Below, one piece after another: positions 11,788 to 21,199 of a stretch of DNA of 27,149 nt (positions within the stretch are counted from its first letter, which is position 1; every line of letters starts with the position of its first letter). The notes beneath the pieces were generated by a model that searched no databases, was not told the DNA's origin, and worked only from the letters and a program-made list of their open reading frames with translations. Source of the stretch: Octopus sinensis. Lineage: Eukaryota. The position numbers and the translations under genes are program-made. The stretch covers positions 1 through 27,149 of the forward strand of contig NW_021834053.1 of the NCBI RefSeq assembly GCF_006345805.1. Reading direction: 5' to 3'.

Positions 11788-11846
<59 letters not shown>

Positions 11847-11880
11847 TAGATAGATAGATAGATAGGTAGATAGATAGATA

Positions 11881-11913
<33 letters not shown>

Positions 11914-12160
11914 GAGAGAGATGTGAATTTCCTTTTATCTTTTACTTGTTTCAATCATTAGATTGCGGCCATGCTGGGGCACTGCCTTGAAGAATTTCTG
12001 GTGCAATGAATCAACCCCAGTAATTAATTTTTAAGGCGTTAAGATACTTACTCTATCGTTCTCTTTTTGCCGAACCACTAAGTTACGGGGACGTAAACAC
12101 ATCAACACCAGTTGTCACGCGGTGATGGAGGACAAACGTAGACACAAAGACACATACACA

Positions 12161-12195
<35 letters not shown>

Positions 12196-12331
12196 CCTTT
12201 CTTCTAATTTTTCTAAATTTTTCTAAATTTAATTATTTAATCGTTACAGTTGAAAAGGTCTCAAATGACCGAAACCGGTACTGAAAGATTCACTATAAAA
12301 TCATCTTAGCATTTTCTATTTTTGACTTGTT

Positions 12332-12398
<67 letters not shown>

Positions 12399-13577
12399 CA
12401 TACATACATGCATACATATACACACATACATATTTTGGGCCATAAATAATGCGTTTTCTTCTCAATTACATGAACTAAAAGTCGGAAGGGGACGGGATAA
12501 ACTACCTGCATTAACTTGCTATAAAAGCAGATGGTAAAATTTCTTTGTCCCTATTCTCAGTGCAAGTTTTAAAGAGTGCTGTTCGATTTTAACAGTTATT
12601 TTTTCAAACGTATAATGAAAGTGACAAAGGAGCATATTCCACATATTTTGTCGTATGAGTTCAAAGGCAACCACGCAACGGAAAGTGCGAGGGATATTAA
12701 TGCAGTATATGGGGGTCGGGCAATAAGCGTAAGCCAGCGTCAACGGTGGTTCCAGAAATTCCGAGCCGGAAACCACAGCTTAAAAGACGAACCTCGTCCT
12801 GGAAGATCTGTAGAACGCGACGAGGACGTCCTGCAAAGCTTGACGGAATAAAATCCTATCGTAACTATTGAGGACCTAGCAAAGAAGCCTGAATTTGGAT
12901 ATTCAACCAGTTATTTAAGTCAGCGCTAGAAGAAAAAACGACCATCTTTGGTCTCAAGATGAAAGGTGTTTTTTCATCAGCTGGGCCACATACAGTGAGG
13001 ATGACATTCCAAAGGCTGGAGCAGTTTGAATGCGAAACGATGCCCCACGCACCATATTCGCCGGACATTTCCCCATTTGATTATCATTTATTCCGCTGTC
13101 TTCAAAATCATTTGGAAGGAAAAAATATGAATTCTGTAAACGAGGGCAAAACAGTACTGGAGGAGTATTTTTCGTCACAGACAAGTGTATTTTGGAAGAG
13201 GAGCCTTGCAAGTCTACCAAATAGATGGAAGAGCATTGTAGGAAATGAAGGAGATTATATTTTAGATTTAAAAAAGAACTTTGTTTATCTTAATTTTGAA
13301 AAGTAAAAGAAGTGTAAAAAACCGTGCGTGTGTAGGAAAAATCTCAAGATGTAACTTAAGTAAAAAAAATGCCCGCGGCTTAAATATATTTTACTCTGAT
13401 ATTAAGTATCGAATAGTTTTCCAAGTTGAATGTGTGTCTCCAACGAACACAAACGCACATATACATTCACAGAAATGCACGCATATGCGCGCTCGTGTAT
13501 GTATGCATGTATGTATGTATGTATGTATGTATGTATTGTATGTATGTATGTGTGTATGTATACATATGTGTGTGTGA

Positions 13578-13617
<40 letters not shown>

Positions 13618-16325
13618 GTATAATTACATTACATGTATGTGTGTATATGTAGGTATGTATGTACGTAGTATGTATGTGTGTATGTATACATATGTGTGTG
13701 TGAGTATGTGTGTGTGTGTGTGTAAATGTATAATTACATTACATGTATGTGTGTATATGTAGGTATGTATGTATGTATGTATGTATGTATGTACGTATGT
13801 ATGTATGTGTGTATGTATACATATGTGTGTGTGAGTATGTGTGTGTGTGTGTGTAAATGTATAATTACATTACATGTATGTGTGTATATGTAGGTATGTA
13901 TATTTTTGTGTCTGTGTGTATATAAACATGAAAGCAGCATCAATTAGTGAATTGGTCAAGGGAGAACGACAACTTTAGCGAAAGGTCACGAGTTTTGTGG
14001 GTCTTTAAGATAGAGAATCTAATTGAACACGTCTGGCGTCTGAACGTGGTGGTGGTGGTGGTGGTGGTGACGGTGGCGTTTGGTGTTGCTGGTGGCGGCG
14101 GTGGCGGCGATGGTAGTGGTGGCGGTGGTGGTGGTGGCGGTGGTGGTGGTGGTGGTGGTGGTGGTGGTTGTGGTGGGCGGTGTTGCTGCTAGTGTGTGTG
14201 TGTGTGTGTGTCTGTGTATAGGTGGAGGTGTGGTTCTGTTAGTGGTAGTGGTAATTGTACAATATGTGATGGCGGCGGTGACAGTAAAAGGGTGGTGCTA
14301 GCTTTGGTTTTGTTAGTGGTAGTACTGGTGGTGGCGGCGAAGGCGGTGGTGGTGGTGGTGGTAGTAATCGTCGTCGTCGTCGTCGTGTAACGGCAACCAT
14401 TTAGTGGCAGTACTAACGATGGCATTGTTGTTGTTGTTGTTGTTGCTTATCTCCAGTTCAGTTCTGTCCAACCGGACCTATGTAGAAACCAAAACGTTCC
14501 GACCGTGACCATCTCATTGTCTTTCTAGATCTATGACAGTTTTGATCTATTGACAGAATTGCTTTCAAGACAATCTCGTATGATGTAAGAGAGATTTAGC
14601 AGTCATTTCTAGCAGGTCGAGCGACTACATAAAGGTTCTCAGATTGGCTTAGTTCATGGTATGAAAATGTTTTCGCTTTAGCCGTGGATCGACCAAGGCC
14701 TTGTGAGTGGACTTGGTAGACGGAAACTGAAAGAAGCCCTTCTTACACACACATACAATTGTGTATGCATATGTCTTTGTGTCAGTATTTGTCGCCCCCA
14801 ACATCGCTTGACAACCAATGTTGGTGTGTTTACGTACCCGTAACTTAGCGATTCGGCAAATAGACCGATAGAATATGTATCAGGTTTTAAAAACAAATAA
14901 GTACTTGGGTCAATACTTTCGACCAAGGATTCTTCAAGGCGGTGCCCCAGCATGGCTGCAGTCATGCTTCCGACCGTGAGTGTTTACGAACTTTTGGGAC
15001 AACCTAATATATATTGGCGGCTTTGCCCCACGAGCGAGCGAAGATATACAAAAGTGGTATGTCTACTTCAATTGCTGGCTTGCTGATGCCTGACGAGTCC
15101 GTTTCGGGATAAATATTGATTGTAGTGTCCTTGTTTTTCTCCTATTTTTTTTTTGTCTGGAAAGATTGTGGTTTCGATTCCTGGACCGGGTGACGCGTTG
15201 TGTTCTTGAGCAAAACACTTCATTTCACGTTACTCCAGTCCACTCAGCTGGCAAAAATGAGTAACGCTGCGATGGACTGGCGTCCCGTCCAGCTGGGGAA
15301 CACATACGCCATTGAAACCGGGAAACTGGGCCCATGAGCCTGGCTAGGTTTTAAAAGGGCGCATTTATTTATTATTTTATATATCACATCACGGGAAAAT
15401 ATGACAGTATTTGTGGCAGATCCAGCTGGTTTCCTTGAACGTTTCTTAACGCTTCTTCACTTTGAACCACAGACAAAGAGACAATCCATGTAGTGAAAAC
15501 CCCTCACCTCACCTGTTCCAAAGAAGGCCATGGTCGTTTCATCTACTGTGAAGACGATGGCCTCAGATTTTTGAGATGTAAAAGCATTGTGTTTATTAAC
15601 TATCTTCAAAAAGGCCACACCATCAATGCTTAGGCAGATACGAAAACTGACGAAAGGGGTCTTGTTTCATCAGGACTATGCTCCAGCACACGAGTCCTTG
15701 GTCTCAATGGCTACTGTATGTGACTGAAGCTTTTAACTGGGTGATCACCCTCCCTATTTTCCCTGTCATCTGTTCCCCAGCATGAAATAAAATCACCTGG
15801 CTGGGAACCAGTATCTCAGTGATACCGACGTCATATCTGCTGTTTATGACTTTTTTTGGAGCAACAGGATGAAAGTTCCTTCACCGATGGGATCTCGGCA
15901 CTGCAACACCGATAGAAGAAGTGTATGCAATGCGAGGGGGACTCTGATGAAAAATAATCTCATTTGGTCACATTTCATTAGAGCATCTTTGTCAGCTTTT
16001 GAACTGTTCGACCGACACGCGTATAAATACAAACACACACGTACGCACACACAGACACACACACACACACACACACACCACACACACACACACACAACAC
16101 GCACATACATTTATATACAAGCATATTAGTGTATGTGCGAGTGCGCGATAATTTTCTGTCCTCCCTTGCATTCATCGTACCTGAATGCAAAGGATAACAA
16201 TGGCTAGATAATTAAATATGTATATATGTAAATACATACACTCACACTTTCATTTCTACATACATACATACAGACATACATATACATGAGATAAAAGTTC
16301 AAGTCATAAGTTAATCCCATGTGCG

Positions 16326-16357
<32 letters not shown>

Positions 16358-16411
16358 TAATATATATATGTATATATATATGTATATATATATATATATT
16401 ATATATATATG

Positions 16412-16459
<48 letters not shown>

Positions 16460-16489
16460 ATATATATACATATATATATATTATATACA

Positions 16490-16521
<32 letters not shown>

Positions 16522-17137
16522 CATATATATATAATATATTATATATATATATATATTATATATATATATATATATATCTATATATATATATATGTATATG
16601 TATATATAGATGTGTGCATACACAAAACATATATGTATGTATATATATACACACACATAATCATACATACATGTATACTTACAAAATGTATGTATATGTT
16701 TATATATGTGTGTGTATGTGTAGTGAGAGAGAGAATGGAGAGGGAGGGAGGGAGGAAAAGCTACAAAAAAGCTAATATAAGAAAGAAAGAAAGAACAAAG
16801 GAAGAGACAAGCTCAGTGAGATAGACTGGCGCCGCTGAGTCAAAAATAAGAGGGTGAGAGAAATAGACAACAAGAGAGATAAGGAGAGAGAGAGAGATAG
16901 ATAAGGAGATAGAGAGAGATAAGGAGAGAGAGAGAGAAGGAAAGGGAGAGAGAAAGAGAAAAAGAGAGAGAGAACGAGAGAGAGAGACGTAAGAAAGGTG
17001 TTTGCACTTACTTTGACCAAAAGGTCTTCCGGTTCCGCGAAATCTGTTTGAATGGGTGAAGTCCTCACAAGGGTTGACATACAAAGTATGAGGGCCAAGA
17101 TTGTATTGACAAGGGTTAACGATTTTGGTGACTGCAT
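4778..17137 (-). CDS. Urotensin II-like / somatostatin-related (CLWKVC) neuropeptide precursor, 3 coding exons: join(17137-17012, 7758-7641, 4836-4778), 100 aa
   Basis: Assembled by hand. Exons of 126+118+59 = 303 nt give one open frame from ATG to TGA, with canonical GT..AG introns of 9253 and 2804 bp and compatible phases (0, then 1). The product has an N-terminal hydrophobic signal peptide, dibasic KR/RR/KR sites and a C-terminal [14 protein letters not shown]. This matches the CLWKVCPxAPW motif of Aplysia urotensin II-like peptide (recalled family knowledge, not a database search). Confidence 0.9.
4956..5580 (+). mobile_element. Three tandem SINE family B copies (about 4956-5181, 5193-5300, 5358-5576) in intron 2, antisense to the gene
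   Basis: Repeated GGCAGAA(T/A)CGTTAGCACGCCGG heads and GCCTATAGTAGAAA(A/G)GA(TTA)n tails. The middle copy is internally deleted. Confidence 0.8.
5590..5720 (-). mobile_element. Probable 3' UTR tip of a non-LTR retrotransposon with (AAT)n tail
   Basis: The minus strand ends ...AAAGCAAAAGTCAAACATAAAATAATAATAA and is flanked on both sides by (AAT)n. Family assignment is from recall only. Confidence 0.35.
5752..6041 (-). mobile_element. 5'-truncated R4/Dong-like (RLE) LINE 3' end
   Basis: The minus strand reads [39 protein letters not shown]/..[17 protein letters not shown] (stop 5853-5851). This is homologous to the C-terminus of the 22085-23430 element (TVIVPVIVGVLGMIKK..EIQKIVLTSIA.ILRKTLSI*). 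Flanked by (AAT)n on both sides. Confidence 0.75.
6250..6860 (+). mobile_element. Decayed RTE-like LINE RT C-terminal fragment containing a 3x ~24-bp tandem duplication (6515-6589)
   Basis: Remnant motifs [17 protein letters not shown] (cf. LEEVDNFKYLG), DREVL and [31 protein letters not shown] occurs three times with slight variation. Confidence 0.45.
6985..7125. mobile_element. 141-bp mariner-type MITE
   Basis: TIRs T(A)AGGTTGTCCCAAAAGTTCGTA and TACGAACTTTTGGGACAACCTAA. TA target duplication at 6983-6984 and 7126-7127. Confidence 0.85.
7641..7758 (-). CDS. Coding exon 2 ([39 protein letters not shown] + 1 nt)
   Basis: Acceptor TATTTTGTTGACAG| (AG at 7760-7759) and donor GTA|GTAAGTG (GT at 7640-7639). 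The exon is 118 nt, phase 0 in and phase 1 out, exactly what is needed to join exon 1 to the CLWKVC frame of exon 3. It carries the RR and KR prohormone convertase sites. Confidence 0.88.
7857..8913 (-). mobile_element. Three SINE family B copies (about 7857-8071, 8161-8367, 8699-8913) in intron 1, sense to the gene
   Basis: Each is a reverse complement of the family B consensus seen at 2706 and 4956. (AAT)n spacers and tails separate them. Confidence 0.8.
8962..9317 (+). mobile_element. Mariner transposase catalytic-domain remnant
   Basis: [21 protein letters not shown] / [18 protein letters not shown] / KGYTINAEY / [12 protein letters not shown] / YSPDL, with frameshifts and deletions. Confidence 0.85.
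10484..10870 (-). mobile_element. SINE family A, near full length
   Basis: Reverse complement of the 2139-2550 family. Confidence 0.85.
10991..11207 (-). mobile_element. SINE family B copy
   Basis: Reverse complement of the family B consensus. Confidence 0.8.
11323..11630. repeat. Diverged tandem dimer, about 165-bp period
   Basis: GGCTRAC(T)CCGTGAGTAAATTAA..CATTCCGG..GAAT.CGGACC..CAATCC.GAAAT.TTGGATT occurs at 11323 and 11487. Confidence 0.75.
11933..12165 (-). mobile_element. SINE family A, 3' half
   Basis: Matches the reverse complement of the family A 3' part (GCGGCCATGCTGG, GCCGAACC.CTAAGTTACGGGGACGTAAAC). Confidence 0.75.
12431..13324 (+). mobile_element. Internally deleted mariner (Tc1/mariner) element
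   Basis: N-terminal HTH region [48 protein letters not shown] (12614-12851) is joined directly to the C-terminal [38 protein letters not shown]. The central WVPHEL/first-D region is absent. A left TIR-like TTTTGGGCCATAAATAATGCGTTTT is at about 12433; the right TIR is truncated. Confidence 0.9.
13540..13905. repeat. Higher-order tandem repeat, 3 copies of about 110-130 bp built from TG/TATG microsatellites
   Basis: Anchor AAATGTATAATTACATTACATGTATGTGTGTATATGTAGGTATGTA at 13614, 13724 and 13855. Confidence 0.8.
14045..14450. repeat. Compound (GGT)n/(GGC)n/(GT)n/(GTC)n/(TTG)n simple repeat
   Basis: Direct reading. The poly-Gly/Val/Thr ORFs here are artefacts. Confidence 0.85.
14680..14964 (+). 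mobile_element. SINE family A, 5'-truncated
   Basis: GACCAAGGCCTTGTGAGTGGA.TTGGTAGACGGAAACTGAAAGAAGCC...CAGCATGGCTGCAGTCA, as in 2139-2550. Confidence 0.8.
14979..15006. mobile_element. Orphan right end of the mariner MITE family seen at 6985-7125
   Basis: AGTGTTTACGAACTTTTGGGACAACCTAA + TA is identical to 7097-7127. No left TIR is nearby. Confidence 0.7.
15164..15375 (+). mobile_element. SINE family C variant: partial tRNA head, shared core, distinct tail
   Basis: B-box-like GGTTTCGATTCC. The core at 15197-15262 matches 20900-20964. The tail GCGATGGACTGGCGTCCCGTCCAG differs from that of the 20824 copy. Confidence 0.65.
15383..16021 (+). mobile_element. Mariner transposase remnant (catalytic domain to 3' end)
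   Basis: [91 protein letters not shown]. Stops and deletions are present. The 3' end is followed by TA. Confidence 0.88.
16325..16700. repeat. Long (TA)n / (TACA)n microsatellite
   Basis: Direct reading. Confidence 0.9.
16860..16990. repeat. (GA)n-rich tract, i.e. (TC)n at the start of intron 1
   Basis: Direct reading. Confidence 0.85.
17012..17137 (-). CDS. Coding exon 1 of the precursor: signal peptide plus acidic spacer ([42 protein letters not shown])
   Basis: ATG at 17137 has A at -3 and no upstream in-frame Met. Hydrophobic core [12 protein letters not shown], with a plausible V-x-T/S cleavage after residue 26. Ends at a strong donor, AAA|GTAAGT (GT at 17011-17010), phase 0. The ORF-track ORF 16772..17137 is this exon reading through into a (TC)n intron. 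Confidence 0.9.
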
Positions 17138-17239
17138 TATGTTGCTGTTTTTCTTCTTGAAACGGTACTGGAGTTGGTCGCAGTGGCGCTGAGAGCTGTG
17201 AGCTATCTCTGCTGCTTGATATTTCGATTCAGAGGCAAG

Positions 17240-17276
17240 TTTTTGAAAATCAGAAACAAGAAAAAATTATATATAT
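17240..17276 (-). promoter_or_regulatory. Possible TATA-like box and transcription start for the neuropeptide gene
   Basis: TATATATAA at 17275-17267 (minus), TCA about 30 nt downstream, and about 105 nt of ATG-free leader. Weak: TA runs are common here, and the adjacent pyrimidine tract could instead be a splice acceptor region for an upstream non-coding exon. Confidence 0.25.
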
Positions 17277-17305
17277 AAATATAGATATATGCACATAGAT
17301 ATGCA

Positions 17306-17354
<49 letters not shown>

Positions 17355-17675
17355 TAATATATATAATATATATATATATACATATTCACAGGCACAAAGG
17401 TTCAGAATTTATAACGGGAATAACAACAGAGACACCAAAGTGAAAACGATATCAATGTAAGATTAAGAAAGTAGAGATGCCTTTGACGTTTCGAGTCTAA
17501 GCTCTTCACCATAAAGTTAGATAGGAGAAAGAAGTTTAAAGAGAAGAAAGAGAAAACGAAACAAAAAATCATTTCTTTTGCCCATAATCATATATATAGA
17601 TTCAAGTGAGTGTGTGTTTGAGAGAGAGAGAGAGAGTGTGTGTGTGTGTGTGAGTGAGCATGTCTGATAAGAAGG

Positions 17676-17722
17676 CATGTGGTTGGGAAGCAAGCTTCTT
17701 ACCACGCGGTCACACCTGCGCC
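17676..17722 (-). mobile_element. SINE family A head fragment
   Basis: ATGTGGTTGGGAAGCAAGCTTCTTACCAC...CCTGCGCC matches the head of the 21452-21931 copy. Confidence 0.6.
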
Positions 17723-19252
17723 TGTTGTTCAAAAAATTATTGAAAATATTCATTTTCGCCGATAGATCCTGACTTTACATATACACACATACAGACACAC
17801 ACACACACTTATAATTATATGTGTTCACACACGCTTTATAAATTTCTTGATGTAAAATGGTGACTTGATGGAAATGTTCTTGTACATTGGAAGAAATATT
17901 TTTGCCAACAAAATTACACGCACTGGTTTTATTTTCCATTTTGTTTACAAACATCACTTTAACTAATTTTCTGATTAACTAGTAAACTGTCTACAAATCA
18001 GCTTAACTGTCCCTTGAAGTTTATACAGCTATAAATAATAGTTTGTAATATAGTAAAACGTTAAGTTGGGTATCACACACACGCGCGGCGCACAGACACA
18101 CACGTTATATGCATACACACACACATCGACATGGCCACCGTTAAACCGGAACCCGTTAAGCCGGACATTGCTTAAGCCGGATGTAATTAGTTAAGAAATT
18201 GATTGCGAGTTTTAACTCCTACCGCCATCTTTGAGTATCAGTGTTTGTAAATCGAATATTCTTTTGTGCTAGTTGAGAGCCCTGCAGTCACAAAAGATAG
18301 CCAATTCGTTAAAAATACGAAGCTCAGTCAATAATATAATTATGGATCGTTGATAGAAAAATAATTTCTCGGTCCACTGTTATGTAATTTTGTAACAGTT
18401 AATCTAAGCTAGTCTTAAACACCTCAATTATTTGTACTATGCTATGGTACTGGAATAATGGTAGGACAACAGAAGTGTGATAAAAATAAAGTGAACGACA
18501 TTTCACCGGCACACATCGTATTTATCGTTCACTTTTACACTCCTCTCAGAAATAAATTCTTTCTTACAAACACTCCCAAATTGACTTGCCTTTAATTGCA
18601 CACTATATGATTTCATTATTCCTCATCTCCTTGCTTTTCTCTGGCTACGTTCCACTTGTTGCATGTATATGACTTGCAGTTTTGCTCACCTTACTCTAAT
18701 AAACACTACATTTCTTTGTATTATTGGAAACATCTACTGAATCATATTCTCTTTATAATAATTTCGATCTTGTAGTATTATGATATAATCTGGTATTAGT
18801 TTGTTTTCAAATATAAAAATACACAATGATAAGACAAAGAGTAAGTCAGATCAAACTGGTTGTTATTTCTTTTTGAGTTAGAAATGTATTATATATATAT
18901 AATTACCGCATGGGTAATGTATTATATATATATATAATTATTATATAAATTATATATAAAATGTATTATATATATATAATTACCGCATAGGTAATCGTCG
19001 CCCGTGTAGGTCTGATAAATTGCATCGATGACAAATGTTGCTGATGATTTATAGATATATATGTGAGTATAATTTGCATATTATATTGATAAAGAAACAA
19101 TTGTACAACATTAATCCACTTTTTAGTTGTATTTCGCTTTCCTTACGTTGAGGGTAGTGCTATTTCTATGTGGAGGTATCGTCGGCGATTATACCGGAGG
19201 AGCTATTTCTAGCACTAGAGTTAACCTATTTAACGTTAACTCTCTTATATTT

Positions 19253-19296
<44 letters not shown>

Positions 19297-20292
19297 GAAA
19301 AGTATAACTGTCACTAAATGCGACTAAGAGTGTCCAGACACCTACATTGCTAGAAATAAGAGCTAAAATGCTTTAATGCTGTAGGAAAAGCACATAAATG
19401 TATAGATATATGCTTACAGGGGCTGCAGTTGAGAATTACTTAGACTGAACGTTCAATTTCGGCTATTTCCGTAGCTTTTTCAATAAGGACCGCTCGTTCG
19501 GCTGATTCCGAGTTTAATCCTCTATCAGTATATATATATATATTATATATATATATATATATACCATAAAAATTTATGGATGATTTAGCGGATCGCTAAT
19601 GTGTATACAAAAATTAATACAAACAACCATGCGCAATGCGATACCACAATGAAAAAATATGTCACGCGACTAAGGGTATCAAGATACCTACATTGCTAGA
19701 AATATATGAATTTTATGTTTTCATTAGTGACTAAGGTTCTAGCGCAGAACGATCTGTAATTATTAATAAGTAGTTTTCGACAAATCCTTTAAATGAATTA
19801 GAGTTTGATTAAACAAATTTATATGTACTATGATGAGTTCACGTCAATCAATAAGCCATACACTTAATTTCCCAAAGAATTAAATTCCACGTTGACTATT
19901 TTACGAGATTGACAATGGACAATTTTTAGTTCAGTTAATACAAACCACTCATTCCGATATCATTTGCCGAGACCGTTCGATTTTTGCATGCTATTCTACG
20001 TGGTCGCCACTACTTCTTTACCGGTCGCAAAAAGATTTTCTGAAGAAATGATGGCAGGGAAACAAAATTTGGTCGTAGGAGACACAAATAATGTTATGCA
20101 GTAGTGCTAGTCATATATTATTTAATATGTATATGAGATTATTTTTTTGCGTTTAATTTGACCACTAGAGACTAATCTTTTAGCCTCGATGTATCCAAAA
20201 TATAATTGCTTGTCTGGTCTGCTGTGCTTACGTTTTGTTGAAACCTCGACAGGGAAATGACACAGATATTCCTTCATAAATATATATATATA

Positions 20293-20711
20293 GGCGCAGG
20301 AGTGGCTGTGTGGTAAGTAGCTTGTTTACCAACCACATGGTTCCGGGTTCAGTCCCACTGCGTGGCTTCTTGGGCAGGTGTCTTCTACTATAGCCTTGGG
20401 CCGACCAATGCCTTGTGAGTGGATTTGGTAGACGGAAACTGAAAGAAGCCTGTCGTATATATGTATATATATATATGTGTGTGTGTGTATATGTTTGTGT
20501 GTCTGTGTTTGTCCCCCTAGCATTGCTTGACAACCGATGCTGGTGTGTTTACGTCCCCGTTACTTAGCGGTTCGGCAAAAGAGACCGATAGAATAAGTAC
20601 TGGACTTACAAAGAATAAGTCCCGGGGTCGAGTTGCTCGACTAAAGGCGGTGCTCCAGCATGGCCGCAGTCAAATGACTGAAACAAGTAAAAGAGTAAAA
20701 GAGTAAAGAGT
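20293..20711 (+). mobile_element. SINE family A, full length, (AAGAGTA)n tail
   Basis: Highly similar to 2139-2550 along its whole length. Confidence 0.88.
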
Positions 20712-20823
20712 ATATGAAATATGGTACCCTTTTTATACTGCTACGAAGCAATTTTGCAGATGCCTCGATAAGAAACGAAAACTGTATGATATCATATATT
20801 ATATATAATATACAGAACAGGAA

Positions 20824-21160
20824 GGCGCATAGCTCAGTGGTTAGAGCATTGGGCTCACAATCATGAGCTAGTGAAGCTGTTTCCCGGATCGGGCTGCGTG
20901 TTGTGTTCTTAAGCAAGACACTTTATTTCACGTTGCTCCAGTTCACTCAGCTTTAGAAATGAGTTGCAACATCACTGGTGCCAAGTTGTTTCGGCCTTTA
21001 CCTTTCCCTTGGATAACATTGGTGGCGTGAAGAGAGGAGGCTGGTATGCATGGGTGACTGCTAGTCTTCCATAAACAACCTCGCTCGAACTCGTGCCTTG
21101 AAGGGTAACTCTCTAGGTGCAATCCCATGGTCATTCATGACAGAAAGGAGTCTTTACAAT
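20824..21160 (+). mobile_element. tRNA-head SINE, family C
   Basis: tRNA-like GGCGCATAGCTCAGTGGTTAGAGCATTGGGCTCACAATC head with a degenerate B box. It is followed by the core shared with 15197-15262 and a unique tail. No intact tRNA 3' half. Confidence 0.7.
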
Positions 21161-21199
21161 TTCACTGAACTAGAACTTATTACAGATCCATATATATCT

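Noticed and set aside
12576-13306. Functional transposase or SETMAR-like domesticated gene
   Set aside because: It has an internal deletion of the WVPHEL/first catalytic D region, stops and frameshifts, and no SET domain or splice context.
16772-17011. C-terminal part of ORF 16772..17137 ([10 protein letters not shown]...) as a membrane protein
   Set aside because: It is read-through of a strong GTAAGT donor into a (TC)n intronic tract. Only the first 42 codons are coding.
18488-18535. Hairpin AAAGTGAACGA..TCGTTCACTTT as a pre-miRNA
   Set aside because: The perfect stem is only 11 bp with a 26-nt loop, too short without small-RNA evidence.
20824-20900. tRNA gene
   Set aside because: Only the 5' half is tRNA-like. 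The T-arm and acceptor stem are not intact, and it continues into a SINE core shared with 15197-15262.
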